Source: Eledone cirrhosa (taxonomy: Eukaryota). Taken from it: 64,000 bases of DNA. Each line of letters opens with the position of its first letter. Within the stretch, counting starts at the first letter, position 1. A program made the translations under genes and the position numbers. Positions 26,075 through 38,285 of the stretch are shown piece after piece. Location: the NCBI GenBank assembly GCA_964016885.1, contig OZ024766.1, forward strand, positions 12,524,001 to 12,588,000, given 5' to 3'. The notes below the pieces were generated by a model. The model did no database searches, was not told the origin of the DNA, and worked only from the letters and a program-made list of their open reading frames with translations.

Positions 26075-26122
<48 letters not shown>

Positions 26123-26125
<3 letters not shown>

Positions 26126-26518
26126 AAAGTTCTATTTAAAGTTGTTGGGATACAACAAGTAAATATTTTTATAACTGATATAAAGCACTCGACAAGTTTT
26201 TGGAGTAGATATACGATATTAATAAATGGAAACTATATTTATAAAACCATATTTATTTCATTATACATATTTCAGGGATACCACATTAAATTATGGTATA
26301 CCTTCATCAGACAAAATACAATATATGCTGTCTGGATAGTCAGACAGCATCCAAAAGTAATGGTTGCATTTTAAAAGGGTACGTCAAAGCTATTTGTAAA
26401 ACTGTTATATATTGTATTTTGTCTGATGAAGGCATACCATAATTTAATGTGGTATCCCTGAAATATGTATAATGAAATAAATATGGTTTTATAAATATAG
26501 TTTCCATTTATTAATATC

Positions 26519-26522
<4 letters not shown>
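26123..26522. mobile_element. fold-back element (family A) with divergent hammerheads at 26254-26318 (-) and 26415-26479 (+), embedded in (TA)n
   Basis: + strand reads tattttgt-CTGATGA-aggcatacca...tggtatccct-GAAA-tatgta-TA-atgaaata; inverted copy on the left. Confidence 0.8.
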
Positions 26523-26572
<50 letters not shown>

Positions 26573-26639
26573 AAGGTTTAGCAAATAATGAAAAAGTTTC
26601 AAAATAAATTTTAAAAAATTGACTTTACCTACTATAGTT

Positions 26640-26722
26640 ACCTTTACCGATCGGTTTCGAATCCCAAAAATAAACGGAGACCATACGGCCTTCGTTGCAA
26701 AGAAAGATTCTCGTCAGAAGGT
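26640..26722 (-). ncRNA. type-I hammerhead ribozyme motif, family F
   Basis: minus strand: acctt-CTGACGA-gaatc...gattc-GAAA-ccgatcgg-TA-aaggt; stem III palindrome ACCGATCGGT. Confidence 0.8.
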
Positions 26723-26934
26723 TCTTTTCATTCGAAGAATATAAAATTCATGAATTTAAATTACGAACTAGCGCTATCAAAACTGTTCCTGGGATGAGAG
26801 TGGATGATGTAGAAACAGGTTTATCAAGGGCCGAAGTAAAGATAGAGGCAGAAGGAGGTAGGTCAAACCAGCCGCAGCTATCACTAGCAGCAGTCGGAGC
26901 GACCAAATTTGTTCACAACTTAGAGGAGATAGTA

Positions 26935-27144
26935 ATAATAGGATATGTGTTCCTTCACGCACAAGGCGCTAAGGTACGCATGTATTGTCCAACCAAATGC
27001 CAGTGTGGTTCAATGGCAGGTTAATAAATTAACGAGCCATTGTTCTGGCTCGTTAATTTATTAACCTGCCATTGAACCACACTGGCATTTGGTTGGACAA
27101 TACATGCGTACCTTAGCGCCTTGTGCGTGAAGGAACACGTATCC

Positions 27145-27150
<6 letters not shown>
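26935..27150. repeat. fold-back palindrome (about 105-bp arms) ending in (TA)n
   Basis: centre ...AACGAGCCA-ttgttc-TGGCTCGTT... Confidence 0.9.
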
Positions 27151-27218
<68 letters not shown>

Positions 27219-27721
27219 GTATAGGCATACCTGACTTTTAACGGTCTGAAAAATGAAAGTAAATTTATTTTCATTTTCAACATCATGAAAATGAAACTAC
27301 ATTTATTGCCATTAATTATTTTCATGGATGGCGGTGGATTGGCAGTATCGGTAGAGGGTCGGACACCATGCTTTCCAGCATAGTTACGTCCCTTTACGAT
27401 CTGAGTTCAAATCCCGCCGAGGTTGACTTTGCCTTTCATCCTTACGGGGTCGATAAAATAAAGTACCAGTAATGCACTGGGTAATTACTGGCCTTGTGCC
27501 AAAAGTAGAAACAATTGTTACGGGGTCGATAAAATAAAGTACCAGTAATGCACTGGGTAATTGCTGGCCTTGTGCCTAAAGTAGAAACAGTTAATTATTT
27601 TCATTTTCGATTGTAAATACTGTTGTTGATACTGTCTGTTCTGTGTGTGTTGAAAAAAATTACATATTTAAACGTTTGTTGCATATAAAATTTAAATTTA
27701 CCAACTTTATTAAAATCTTTA

Positions 27722-29215
27722 CTACACCCTGTAAATAGCTCCAATACAGTTTAGCATTTCGCCAAACTTGTTGGCACCAAGTCTCTTCCCCCAAAGAAAT
27801 TCAGCTAGATATGAGGGTATAACAGCATACTGGTGTGTATGAATATAACAAAGACGATTGGTTTGTGTGTATAATATATTTAATTAATAATTTGTGGATA
27901 TACAGAACAGTATAGTTGACATGTCAATGAATAGATGAGAGAATGAAGCAAAGTTATTAGTTACCGTTTTGGTTGCCAGGCGAACGCACCTGGCAGAAGA
28001 CGGCTGGCGAAGGCCAGAAGCCGAAAAGGCGAATGAGAGAGAGGGAACTTAAAGTTGTTAGTTTTATAGGGTTCTGACCGGAAGTTACAGAAAGGGTTCT
28101 ACTTCCTGTCTAGAGAGCGTTAATCTATTGGGGATGTGAGTGTCACAACAAGGGAGGCAACTCCTGCTACAAGGGAATAAAGGATTGCTGGTCCCATACT
28201 GGCGACAAAACTTCTTCTTCACACGGCTCCATGTGTTCTCTATGAGTTGTGTGTGCACATCAGGACCTGCAGGATCGACAAAGTTCCGTTGGTGCACCAC
28301 AACATCATGGTGGTAAATACCACCTTCAATTTCCGAATAGGAAGCCCAACCATCGGAGATGATGCGGCTGCCTGGCAAAATCCACTGCTGAATAAATGGG
28401 ACGAGAATCTCACGGCTTCGATCTGGGACTTCTACAAGGCAGCAGCGTCCAGAATGGCGTTCGACAGCGCCGAAGACCCAGTGGTCTTGTCTCCACTGAC
28501 CACGATGATACTTTCTATGGAAGTATTTCGATTCGTCGATCTCTACAATGATCGACTCACCATTGTCATCGAAGCCTCCAAGTTCTTGAGGATTTGCCTC
28601 CAAATAGCAAATGAGAGATAGAGAGCTCAAAGTTGTTCCCTTTATAGGGTCTGACCGGAAGTTACAGAAAGGGTTCTACTTCCTATCTAGAGAGCGTTAA
28701 TCTATTGGGGATGTGAGTGTCACAACAAGGGAGGCAACTCCTGCTACATACTGCTCACAAATTTCTCTAATAAAATATAGCCCCAGTCTATAACTGTCCG
28801 TTCGGAGAGTCCCGTTTCTCTAATGATCTGAACTTGTGCCTGATCATAGCACCACATGTATATGATTGTTTCTACTTTAGGCACAAGGCCAGCAATTAAC
28901 CAGTGCATTACTGGTACTTTATTTTATCGACCCCGTAAGGATGAAAGGCAAAGTAAACCGCGGCGGGATTTGAACTCAGACCGTAAAGGGACGTAACTCT
29001 ATGCTGGAAAGCATGGCGAATGTGATCCAGTCGCACATGGCTTCGTTCGAAAAAAGAATTTCATCGCACCGGTTGACTGAATTTGTAGCAGTTGCATCGT
29101 CATCTCCATTTATCGACACCCTCAGAATATTGGTGCAATCGGCACGCCTCATTACAAACAGGGCAATTGACACTGTTTGCCAACAGTGTGTCACCGTGTA
29201 TCGCAGGTATTAGTG
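27722..29215 (-). pseudogene. Merlin (IS1016/IS1595-like DDE) transposase pseudogene
   Basis: Fragments CPVC..., IVEIDESKY..RKYHRG..WVFGAVER, IISDGWASY, HTQLIENTW and SYLAEFLW, split by LTR and SINE insertions. Confidence 0.85.
27818..28171. mobile_element. solo LTR with 4-bp TSD (AGGG); truncated second copy at about 28612-28748
   Basis: Termini TATAACAG...CTGCTACA, AGGG on both sides. Removing it restores the transposase frame NPLFP|SYLAEFLW. Confidence 0.7.
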
Positions 29216-29329
29216 TCATCATCATCATCATCATCATCATCAATGTTTAACGTCCGTGTTCCACGCTTGCATGGGTTTGGACGGGGGTGTTCCCACTTGA
29301 GGCAAGAGTGGTTGTCTTGCTCGCATAGG

Positions 29330-31240
29330 ACTGTCTGGCGGGTTTTCTACAGTTGGATGCCCTTCCTAACACCAACCACGTTTACAGTGTGGGGCTGGGA
29401 GGTTTTTACCGTGTTGCCTACACGGCCACATTACAGCGTGGACTGTCTGGCGGGTTTTCTACAGCTGGATGCCCTTCCTAACACCAACCACATTTACAGT
29501 GTGGGGCTGGGAGGTTTTTACCGTGTTGCCTACACGGCCACATTACAGCGTGGACTGTCTGGCGGGTTTTCTACAGTTGGATGCCCTTCCTAACACCAAC
29601 CACATTTACAGTGTGGGGCTGGGAGGTTTTTACCGTGTTGCCTACACGGCCACATTACAGCGTGGACTGTCTGGCGGGTTTTCTACAGCTGGATGCCCTT
29701 CCTAACACCAACCACATTTACAGTGTGGGGCTGGGAGGTTTTTACCGTGTTGCCTACACGGCCACATTACAGCGTGGACTGTCTGGCGGGTTTTCTACAG
29801 TTGGATGCCCTTCCTAACACCAACCACATTTACAGTGTGGGGCTGGGAGGTTTTTACCGTGTTGCCTACACGGCCACATTACAGCGTGGACTGTCTGGCG
29901 GGTTTTCTACAGTTGGATGCCCTTCCTAACACCAACCACATTTACAGTGTGGGGCTGGGAGGTTTTTACCGTGTTGCCTACACGGCCACATTACAGCGTG
30001 GACTGTCTGGCGGGTTTTCTACAGTTGGATGCCCTTCCTAACACCAACCACATTTACAGTGTGGGTCTGGGAGGTTTTTACCATGTTGCCTACACGGCCA
30101 CATTACAGCGTGGACTGTCTGGCGGGTTTTCTACAGTTGGATGCCCTTCCTAACACCAACCACATTTACAGTGTGGGACTGGGAGGTTTTTACCGTGTTG
30201 CCTACACGGCCACATTACAGCGTGGACTGTCTGGCGGGTTTTCTACAGCTGGATACCCTTCCTAACACCAAACACATTTACAGTGTGGGTCTGGGAGGTT
30301 TTTACCATGTTGCCTACACGGCCACATTACAGCGTGGACTGTCTGGCGGGTTTTCTACAGCTGGATACCCTTCCTAACACCAAACACATTTACAGTGTGG
30401 GGCTGGGAGGTTTTTACCATGTTGCCTACACGGCCACATTACAGCGTGGACTGTCTGGCGGGTTTTCTACAGCTGGATACCCTTCCTAACACCAAACACA
30501 TTTACAGTGTGGGTCTGGGAGGTTTTTACCATGTTGCCTACACGGCCACATTACAGCGTGGACTGTCTGGCGGGTTTTCTACAGCTGGATACCCTTCCTA
30601 ACACCAACCACATTTACAGTGTGGGGCTGGGAGGTTTTTACCATGTTGCCTACACGGCCACATTACAGCGTGGACTGTCTGGCGGGTTTTCTACAGCTGG
30701 ATGCCCTTCCTAACACCAACCACATTTACAGTGTGGGGCTGGGAGGTTTTTACCGTGTTGCCTACACGGCCACATTACAGCGTGGACTGTCTGGCGGGTT
30801 TTCTACAGCTGGATGCCCTTCCTAACACCAACCACATTTACAGTGTGGGTCTGGGAGGTTTTTACCGTGTTGCCTACACGGCCACATTACAGCGTGGACT
30901 GTCTGGCGGGTTTTCTACAGCTGGATGCCCTTCCTAACACCAACCACATTTACAGTGTGGGTCTGGGAGGTTTTTACCGTGTTGCCTACACGGCCACATT
31001 ACAGCGTGGACTGTCTGGCGGGTTTTCTACAGCTGGATGCCCTTCCTAACACCAACCACGTTTACAGTGTGGGGCTGGGAGGTTTTTACCGTGTTGCCTA
31101 CACGGCCACATTACAGCGTGGACTGTCTGGCGGGTTTTCTACAGCTGGATGCCCTTCCTAACACCAACCACGTTTACAGTGTGGGGCTGGGAGGTTTTTA
31201 CCGTGTTACCTACACGGCCACATTTACAGCGTGGACTGTG
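29330..31240. repeat. 112-bp tandem repeat (about 17 copies) amplified from an RTE-related non-autonomous element
   Basis: Unit contains TTTCTACAGCTGGATGCCCTTCCTAACACCAACC. Preceded by a (CAT)n tail at 29216. ORF starts recur every 112 bp. Confidence 0.93.
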
Positions 31241-31674
31241 TGTTTTTTTGTCGTGACACCTACACGTCCTCATTTGTTTCGGCCTCGATGGCGCGGCACC
31301 AACATAACTTTACATAGAACGGGGTGGTGTGGATGGGTGGGGGAGGTGGCGGGACGGGGGTGTATTTTGTTAGAGATGCCTACTGGCAAGGCGGGTGGTG
31401 TGGATGGGGTGGGGGTGGTGGGACGGGGTGTATTTTGTTAGAGATGCCTACTGGCAAGGCGGGTGTATATTAATTAATTAATTCTGGTCCTGTAGGGGTC
31501 GGATCTTCATCCACTGGGGCCCTTGTTTTTACATATATATAGACAGGGGCTAGGCTTTCATCTGCTGGGGCCATTGGTTATATTAACATACAGGGCCAGA
31601 CCTTCAACTTTCTCCTGTTGAAACTGGCTGTAACGGGTCGCTCATACTGATGTTAAGGTATTGTTCTCAGAATC

Positions 31675-33258
31675 GATATTATGTGAGGTAAAGCCTTTAC
31701 TGTGAAAATACAATAGTATATATAGAGTAATGTAAATGTTATGTGAGATATTATGTGAGGTAAAGCCTTTACTGTGAAAATACAATAGTATATATAGAGT
31801 AATGTAAATGTTATGTGAGATATTATGTGAGGTAAAGCCTTTACCATGAAAATACAATAGTATATATAGAGTAATGTAAATGTTATGTGAGATATTATGT
31901 GAGGTAAAGCCTTTACCATGAAAATACAATAGTATATATAGAGTAATGTAAATGTTATGTGAGATATTATGTGAGGTAAAGCCTTTACCATGAAAATACA
32001 ATAGTATATATAGAGTAATGTAAATGGTATGTGAGATATTATGTGAGGTAAAGCCTTTACTGTGAAAATACAATAGTATATATAGAGTAATGTAAATGTT
32101 ATGTGAGATATTATGTGAGGTAAAGCCTTTACTGTGAAAGTACAATAGTATATATAGAGTAATGTAAATGTTATGTGAGATATTATGTGAGGTAAAGCCT
32201 TTACCATGAAAATACAATAGTATATATAGAGTAATGTAAATGTTATGTGTGGTAAAGCCTTTACCATGAAAATACAATAGTATATATAGAGTAATGTAAA
32301 TGTTATGTGTGGTAAAGCCTTTACTGTGAAAATACAATAGTATATATAGAGTAATGTAAATGTTATGTGTGGTAAAGCCTTTACCATGAAAATACAATAG
32401 TATATATAGAGTAATGTAAATGTTATGTGTGGTAAAGCCTTTACCATGAAAATACAATAGTATATATAGAGTAATGTAAATGTTATGTGAGATATTATGT
32501 GAGGTAAAGCCTTTACCATGAAAATACAATAGTATATATAGAGTAATGTAAATGGTATGTGAGATATTATGTGAGGTAAAGCCTTTACTGTGAAAATACA
32601 ATAGTATATATAGAGTAATGTAAATGTTATGTGAGATATTATGTGAGGTAAAGCCTTTACTGTGAAAATACAATAGTATATATAGAGTAATGTAAATGTT
32701 ATTTGAGATATTATGTGAGGTAAAGCCTTTACCATGAAAATACAATAGTATATATAGAGTAATGTAAATGTTATGTGTGGTAAAGCCTTTACCATGAAAA
32801 TACAATAGTATATATAGAGTAATGTAAATGTTATGTGTGGTAAAGCCTTTACCATGAAAATACAATAGTATATATAGAGTAATGTAAATGTTATGTGAGA
32901 TATTATGTGAGGTAAAGCCTTTACCATGAAAATACAATAGTATATATAGAGTAATGTAAATGTTATGTGTGGTAAAGCCTTTACTGTGAAAATACAATAG
33001 TATATATAGAGTAATGTAAATGTTATGTGTGGTAAAGCCTTTACCATGAAAATACAATAGTATATATAGAGTAATGTAAATGTTATGTGTGGTAAAGCCT
33101 TTACCATGAAAATACAATAGTATATATAGAGTAATGTAAATGTTATGTGAGATATTATGTGAGGTAAAGCCTTTACCATGAAAATACAATAGTATATATA
33201 GAGTAATGTAAATGTTATGTGTGGTAAAGCCTTTACTGTGAAAATACAATAGTATATA
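31675..33258. repeat. AT-rich satellite of mixed 60- and 72-bp units
   Basis: unit GGTAAAGCCTTTAC(CA/TG)TGAAAATACAATAGTATATATAGAGTAATGTAAATGTTATGT(GAGATATTATGT)GA; same family as at 47.1-60.2 kb. Confidence 0.95.
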
Positions 33259-33950
33259 AAGCCCCATTAAGGCTCTTAATCTGTTGTGAATATATATATA
33301 TCGTGTAGGTAACACGGTAAAAACCTCCCAGTCCACACTGTAAATGTGGTTGGTGTTGGGAAGGGCATCCAGCCGTAGAAAACCCGCCAGACAGTCCTAT
33401 GCGAGCAAGACAACCACTCTTGCCTCAAGTGGGAAAACGTTAAACGATGATGATGATGATGATGATTGTTTCATTATGATTAAGGATATCATTTGTATCG
33501 AAAATATCATCAGCTAAGGTACTGCGACCATATACTCGTCCAGACATATTTGATATGAGATTGTAGTAAAATCGTGCCCTCTGGTGCTTTGTTTTAAAAA
33601 CAGACTATTCTCTGCCCTTCTGACCCCAATCGGTTCTCATTCTCTGCCCTTTTTATGACCCCAGTCCATTCTGTTATGGCTTGAATCAAGCCATAACAGA
33701 ACGGACAGTATCAACAACAACATTAAAATAATTAATTGTTTCTACTTTAGGCACAAGGCCAGCAATTACCCCAGTGCATTACTGGTACTTTATTTTATCG
33801 ACCCCGTAAGGATGAAAGGCAAAGTCAACCTCGGTGGGATTAAAATAATTAATGATAATAAATGTAATTTCATTTTCATGACGTGAAAATGAAAATAAAT
33901 TTACTTTCATTCTTCAGAGCGTTAAAAGTCAGGTATGCCTATACATACAT

Positions 33951-34023
<73 letters not shown>

Positions 34024-34261
34024 GGAGGTGAGTTTTATTGTAGCACAATAAAGCAATCCAAATATCGGATAAGTAACACTCAACAGTTTATAGGACTGGA
34101 GTATAAATAATATAAAATCAAAAGATGGTTAAAAGATAGTTAAAAGAGTTCCATGGAACTTTTAACCATCTTTTGATTTTATATATATATATATATATAT
34201 TAATAAATGGAAACTATATTTATAAAACCATATTTATTTTATATATATACCAGTAATATAA

Positions 34262-35377
34262 AGAAAATCTAGTATAGTTTATTTTATTAAAGTAAGTTTG
34301 GCAAAATTATATTTATTAATAGTTGTAAGTCAAAATTTAAACATCCAAATACTTCTAAATTTATGAAAATTTACGAGAGTTTACAAAGGAATAACTACTT
34401 AATTATATTATAAAAACTGTAAGGAAGTATGAAGGAAGTTAGAAGTGATTTTTTAAGATCTCAAATGACTCCAAGGATTAAATGTTATAAAGTTAAAAAT
34501 TTCATCTTAAGAATATAATTAAAACATAAACCATATGTTATTTTATAAGAAGTCATAAATTTATCTTAAGAATATAATTAAAACATAAACCATAGGTTAG
34601 TTTATAAGAAGTCATACTTGCTATAAAGTTAAAAAAATTTATCTTAAGAATATAGTTAAAACATAAACCATAGGCTATTCCACATATATATAAAAAAAAC
34701 TATATATAAAAATCATATGTTATTCCACATATATATAAATAGAACATTTTTTCAAAGAAAATTTTCCTTGAAAAAATTTTCGGAAGGTTTAGAAAATTCT
34801 TTGAAAGTTCCTTTTAAAGATATAGAAAAACCATTATTTTCATATCTTCCAATATTTTTATATCTTGAAACATTTTTAATATATGTATCCAAATATTTAT
34901 ATATATGTGGAATAATATATGATTTTTATATATAGGTTTTTATATATATATATATGTGGAATAACCTATGGTTTATGTTTTAACTATATTCTTAAGATAA
35001 ATTTTTTTAACTTTATAGCAAGTATGACTTCTTATAAACTAACCTATGGTTTATGTTTTAATTATATTCTTAAGATAAATTTATGACTTCTTATAAAATA
35101 ACATATGGTTTATGTTTTAATTATATTCTTAAGATGAAATTTTTAACTTTATAACATTTAATCCTTGGAGTCATTTGAGATCTTAAAAAATCACTTCTAA
35201 CTTCCTTCATACTTCCTTACAGTTTTTATAATATAATTAAGTAGTTATTCCTTTGTAAACTCTCGTAAATTTTCATAAATTTAGAAGTATTTGGATGTTT
35301 AAATTTTGACTTACAACTATTAATAAATATAATTTTGCCAAACTTACTTTAATAAAATAAACTATACTAGATTTTCT
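34262..35377. repeat. large AT-rich inverted repeat (about 480-bp arms, about 150-bp spacer)
   Basis: AGAAAATCTAGTATAGTTTATTTT... at 34262 mirrors ...AAAATAAACTATACTAGATTTTCT at 35377. Confidence 0.9.
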
Positions 35378-35582
35378 CTAATGTAAAATACTATATATTT
35401 ATTTAAATAATTTATAATCCTTAACATACACATCTAAACCAATATATTATTACTAATACATCTTAATATAATATAAATACTTCTGTTTTAATTTTAATTT
35501 TTAATTTTTAATATTAATATTAAATTATTAAATTAAATCTTTAATATTAAGGCAAATTTTAATCTTTAATTTTGATTTCTAA

Positions 35583-37050
35583 TCTATATATATAAAACTG
35601 TGGTTGTCTGTCTGTCTATCGATTTTTGGCACACATCTCCTCTTAGAATCTCTCACGGAATTGCACCGAAATTGCTATACTTGTACATTGAGCCCTAGCG
35701 AAGACATCGGAAAAAAAAAATTTCAAATTGACCCGCCCTATCTGACGAAATCGAATATAATGTATCGATTTTTGAGCGTAAGTGATCAGTTATTTCCCTT
35801 TGTTCTGTTTACATTGAGCGTCTGCGTGCAAAAATTAAAAAAATTACGCTGGCTTTCTCAGCGTTTAAAATGACATTAACACAATAATTTTTACTTGAAA
35901 ACAAGTCTATTTAAAGACTACGTAAAAAAAGCAAATATTTCGTAAAAAAAAGCAAAAATTATATAAGTTTATTTAAAATATATGTATCTGTATATTTCGT
36001 TAGGCGTGCAGTCAGTTTTATATATATAGATGATAAACAATAATATCCTCTATGAGGTCACTAAACCTGCTAGAAACAGCAGCTAACTCTCCCTCATATC
36101 ACACCACTCCCTACTGTCTTAAATTTAGAAAACACATATCCTCTATGAGGTTACTAAACCTGCTAGAAACAGCAGCTAACTCTCCCTCATATCACACCAC
36201 TCCCTACTGTCTTAAATTTAGAAAACACATATCCTCTATGAGGTTACTAAACCTGCTAGAAACAGCAGCTAACTCTCCCCCATATCATACCCCTCCCTAC
36301 TGTCTTAAATTTAGAAAACATATCTTCTATGAGGTCACTAAACCTGCTAGAAACAGCAGCTAACTCTCCCTCATATCACACCCCTCCCTACTGTCTTAAA
36401 TTTAGAAAACATATCCTCTATGAGGTCACTAAACCTGCTAGAAACAGCAGCTAACTCTCCCCCATATCACACCCCTCTCTACTGTCTTAAATTTAGAAAA
36501 CATATCTTCTATGAGGTCACTAAACCTGCTAGAAACAGCAGCTAACTCTCCCTCATATCACACCACTCCCTACTGTCTTAAATTTAGAAAACACATATCC
36601 TCTATGAGGTCACTAAACCTGCTAGAAACAGCAGCTAACTCTCCCTCATATCGCACCACTCCCTACTGTCTTAAATTTAGAAAACACATATCCTCTATGA
36701 GGTCACTAAACCTGCTAGAAACAACAGCTAACTCTCCCTCATATCACAACCCTCCCTACTGTCTTAAATTTAGAAAACACACAGACAACCATGCAGAACA
36801 ACTCCATCGCAGCTCTGTTGTTCGGCTGGCATCGTCTACTCGCGTGTTGCGCAAGTACTGTGAAACAATAAATTTCAACACTTTTTTGCACAGAGATAAT
36901 ATCCATAGGCGAAACTACAATTGTCACTGCTGGCGCAGCTCATGCTTCCAGGTCTGCAATTCATTCACCCAGTGCCTGGCAGACAAAAAAGTGCTGCAAC
37001 CTAACTTTGGTAACTTAATGACCCCGAGCAACGCCGGGCTTTAATGCTAG
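35583..37050 (+). mobile_element. non-autonomous Helitron-type element, copy 1, containing a 93-bp tandem array
   Basis: 5' A|TCTATATATATAAAA; 3' hairpin CCCGAGCAACGCCGGG then CTAG|T. Confidence 0.75.
36045..36782. repeat. 91-93-bp tandem repeat, about 8 copies
   Basis: unit TCCTCTATGAGGTCACTAAACCTGCTAGAAACAGCAGCTAACTCTCCC... Confidence 0.93.
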
Positions 37051-37053
37051 TTA

Positions 37054-37868
37054 TCTATATATATAAAACTGTGGTTGTCTGTCTGTCTATCGATTTTTGG
37101 CACACATCTCCTCTTAGAATCTCTGACGGAATTGCACCGAAATTGCTATACTTGTACATTGAGCCCTAGCGAAGACATCGGAAAAAAAATATTTCAAATT
37201 GACCCGCCCTATCTGACGAAATCGAATATAATATATCGATTTTTGAGCGTAAGTTATCAGTTATTTCCCTTTGTTCTGTTTACATTGAGCGTCTTACGTA
37301 AAAAATTACGCTGGCTTTCTCAGCGTTTAAAATGACATTAACACAATACACGAACAGTTGTCGAGCCAGCAAAATATTGACCTGCAAAATTCATCAGTTC
37401 GAACACTAAGCGTCCGTTTTGCTTCATTTCCATTTAAAAGCATTTTAAAACAATATTTTTACTTGAAAACAAGTTTATTTAAAGACTACGTAAAACAAGC
37501 AAATATTTCAGGCGTGCAGACAGACAGTCGTGCAGAGAGGTGATATAGGCGTGCAGACAGACATAACTGATAATTTGGTTACGCTAATGTTTTTCTCTGC
37601 GTTGCAGTGTTTACATTTTCGATCTTTGTTAATAAATAACCAGTGCAGTTTTTATCCCCAGCATCCTCTTTTGTTATAACATTCGGGTTATCGTTATGTT
37701 TTCTTAACTTCATAAGGCATATTGTTGGTTGAGGGAATATTAATCAAAAACACCACATGCAAGTCTGCACAGTAGACATTACAGTTTTTAAGCCAAAAAA
37801 GAAACTTAACATTGTAACTTTAACACAGCTACTGAGCGACCCCGAGCAACGCCGGGCTTTACTGCTAG
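37054..37868 (+). mobile_element. non-autonomous Helitron-type element, copy 2
   Basis: same 5' about 290 bp and same 3' hairpin + CTAG|T as copy 1, different interior. Confidence 0.75.
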
Positions 37869-38285
37869 TCAATATTATAATCACAACGTAATGAACCCTA
37901 CATTCTAAATATTATTCTTCCACGTTAATCTTATTTCTTCTTTCACTTAGATATATTTACGCTATGTATATTTTTCCATTAAAACTTATTTCTTCATTCA
38001 TTCTGACTTTCTTCAATATCACTATGTATAATCGTTCTTTCTTTCCTCTTCTCTCTTTCTCCTTCCTTTTCTTTTTTTCTTTTATTCTCCCTCCCTTACA
38101 TATCCTCTTCCAGGTTTAATTTAAATAAACCGTTATCTTTTCAACTTTTTGGACACTCATTTGCATACTCACTCATAACTTTGTATCACCCTCAATAAAA
38201 TATTATCTCCACTATCCAGGAAGCTCCAACCGTTAAGGTTGTCTTTTTTCCGGGTATGTCAATATTTATTTATAAAACAAATCTG

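Larger units (their letters stand above)
27224..33939 (-). mobile_element. Merlin DNA transposon (about 100-bp TIRs) with a disrupted transposase and nested insertions
   Basis: TIRs GGCATACCTGACTTTTAACG... at 27224 and ...CGTTAAAAGTCAGGTATGCC at 33939. Confidence 0.8.

Noticed and set aside
28085-28630. bacterial IS1595-like transposase suggesting contamination or horizontal transfer
   Set aside because: Explained by the eukaryotic Merlin superfamily; it is nested with host SINEs and bounded by TIRs.
31642-33336. 564-aa and 508-aa ORFs
   Set aside because: They result from 60/72-bp satellite units being multiples of 3. The same repeat is out of frame at 47-60 kb.
33460-33520. minus-strand CTGATGA...GAAAC
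   Set aside because: Stem II is weak and the 3' part runs into a (GAT)n tail, so it cannot be supported.
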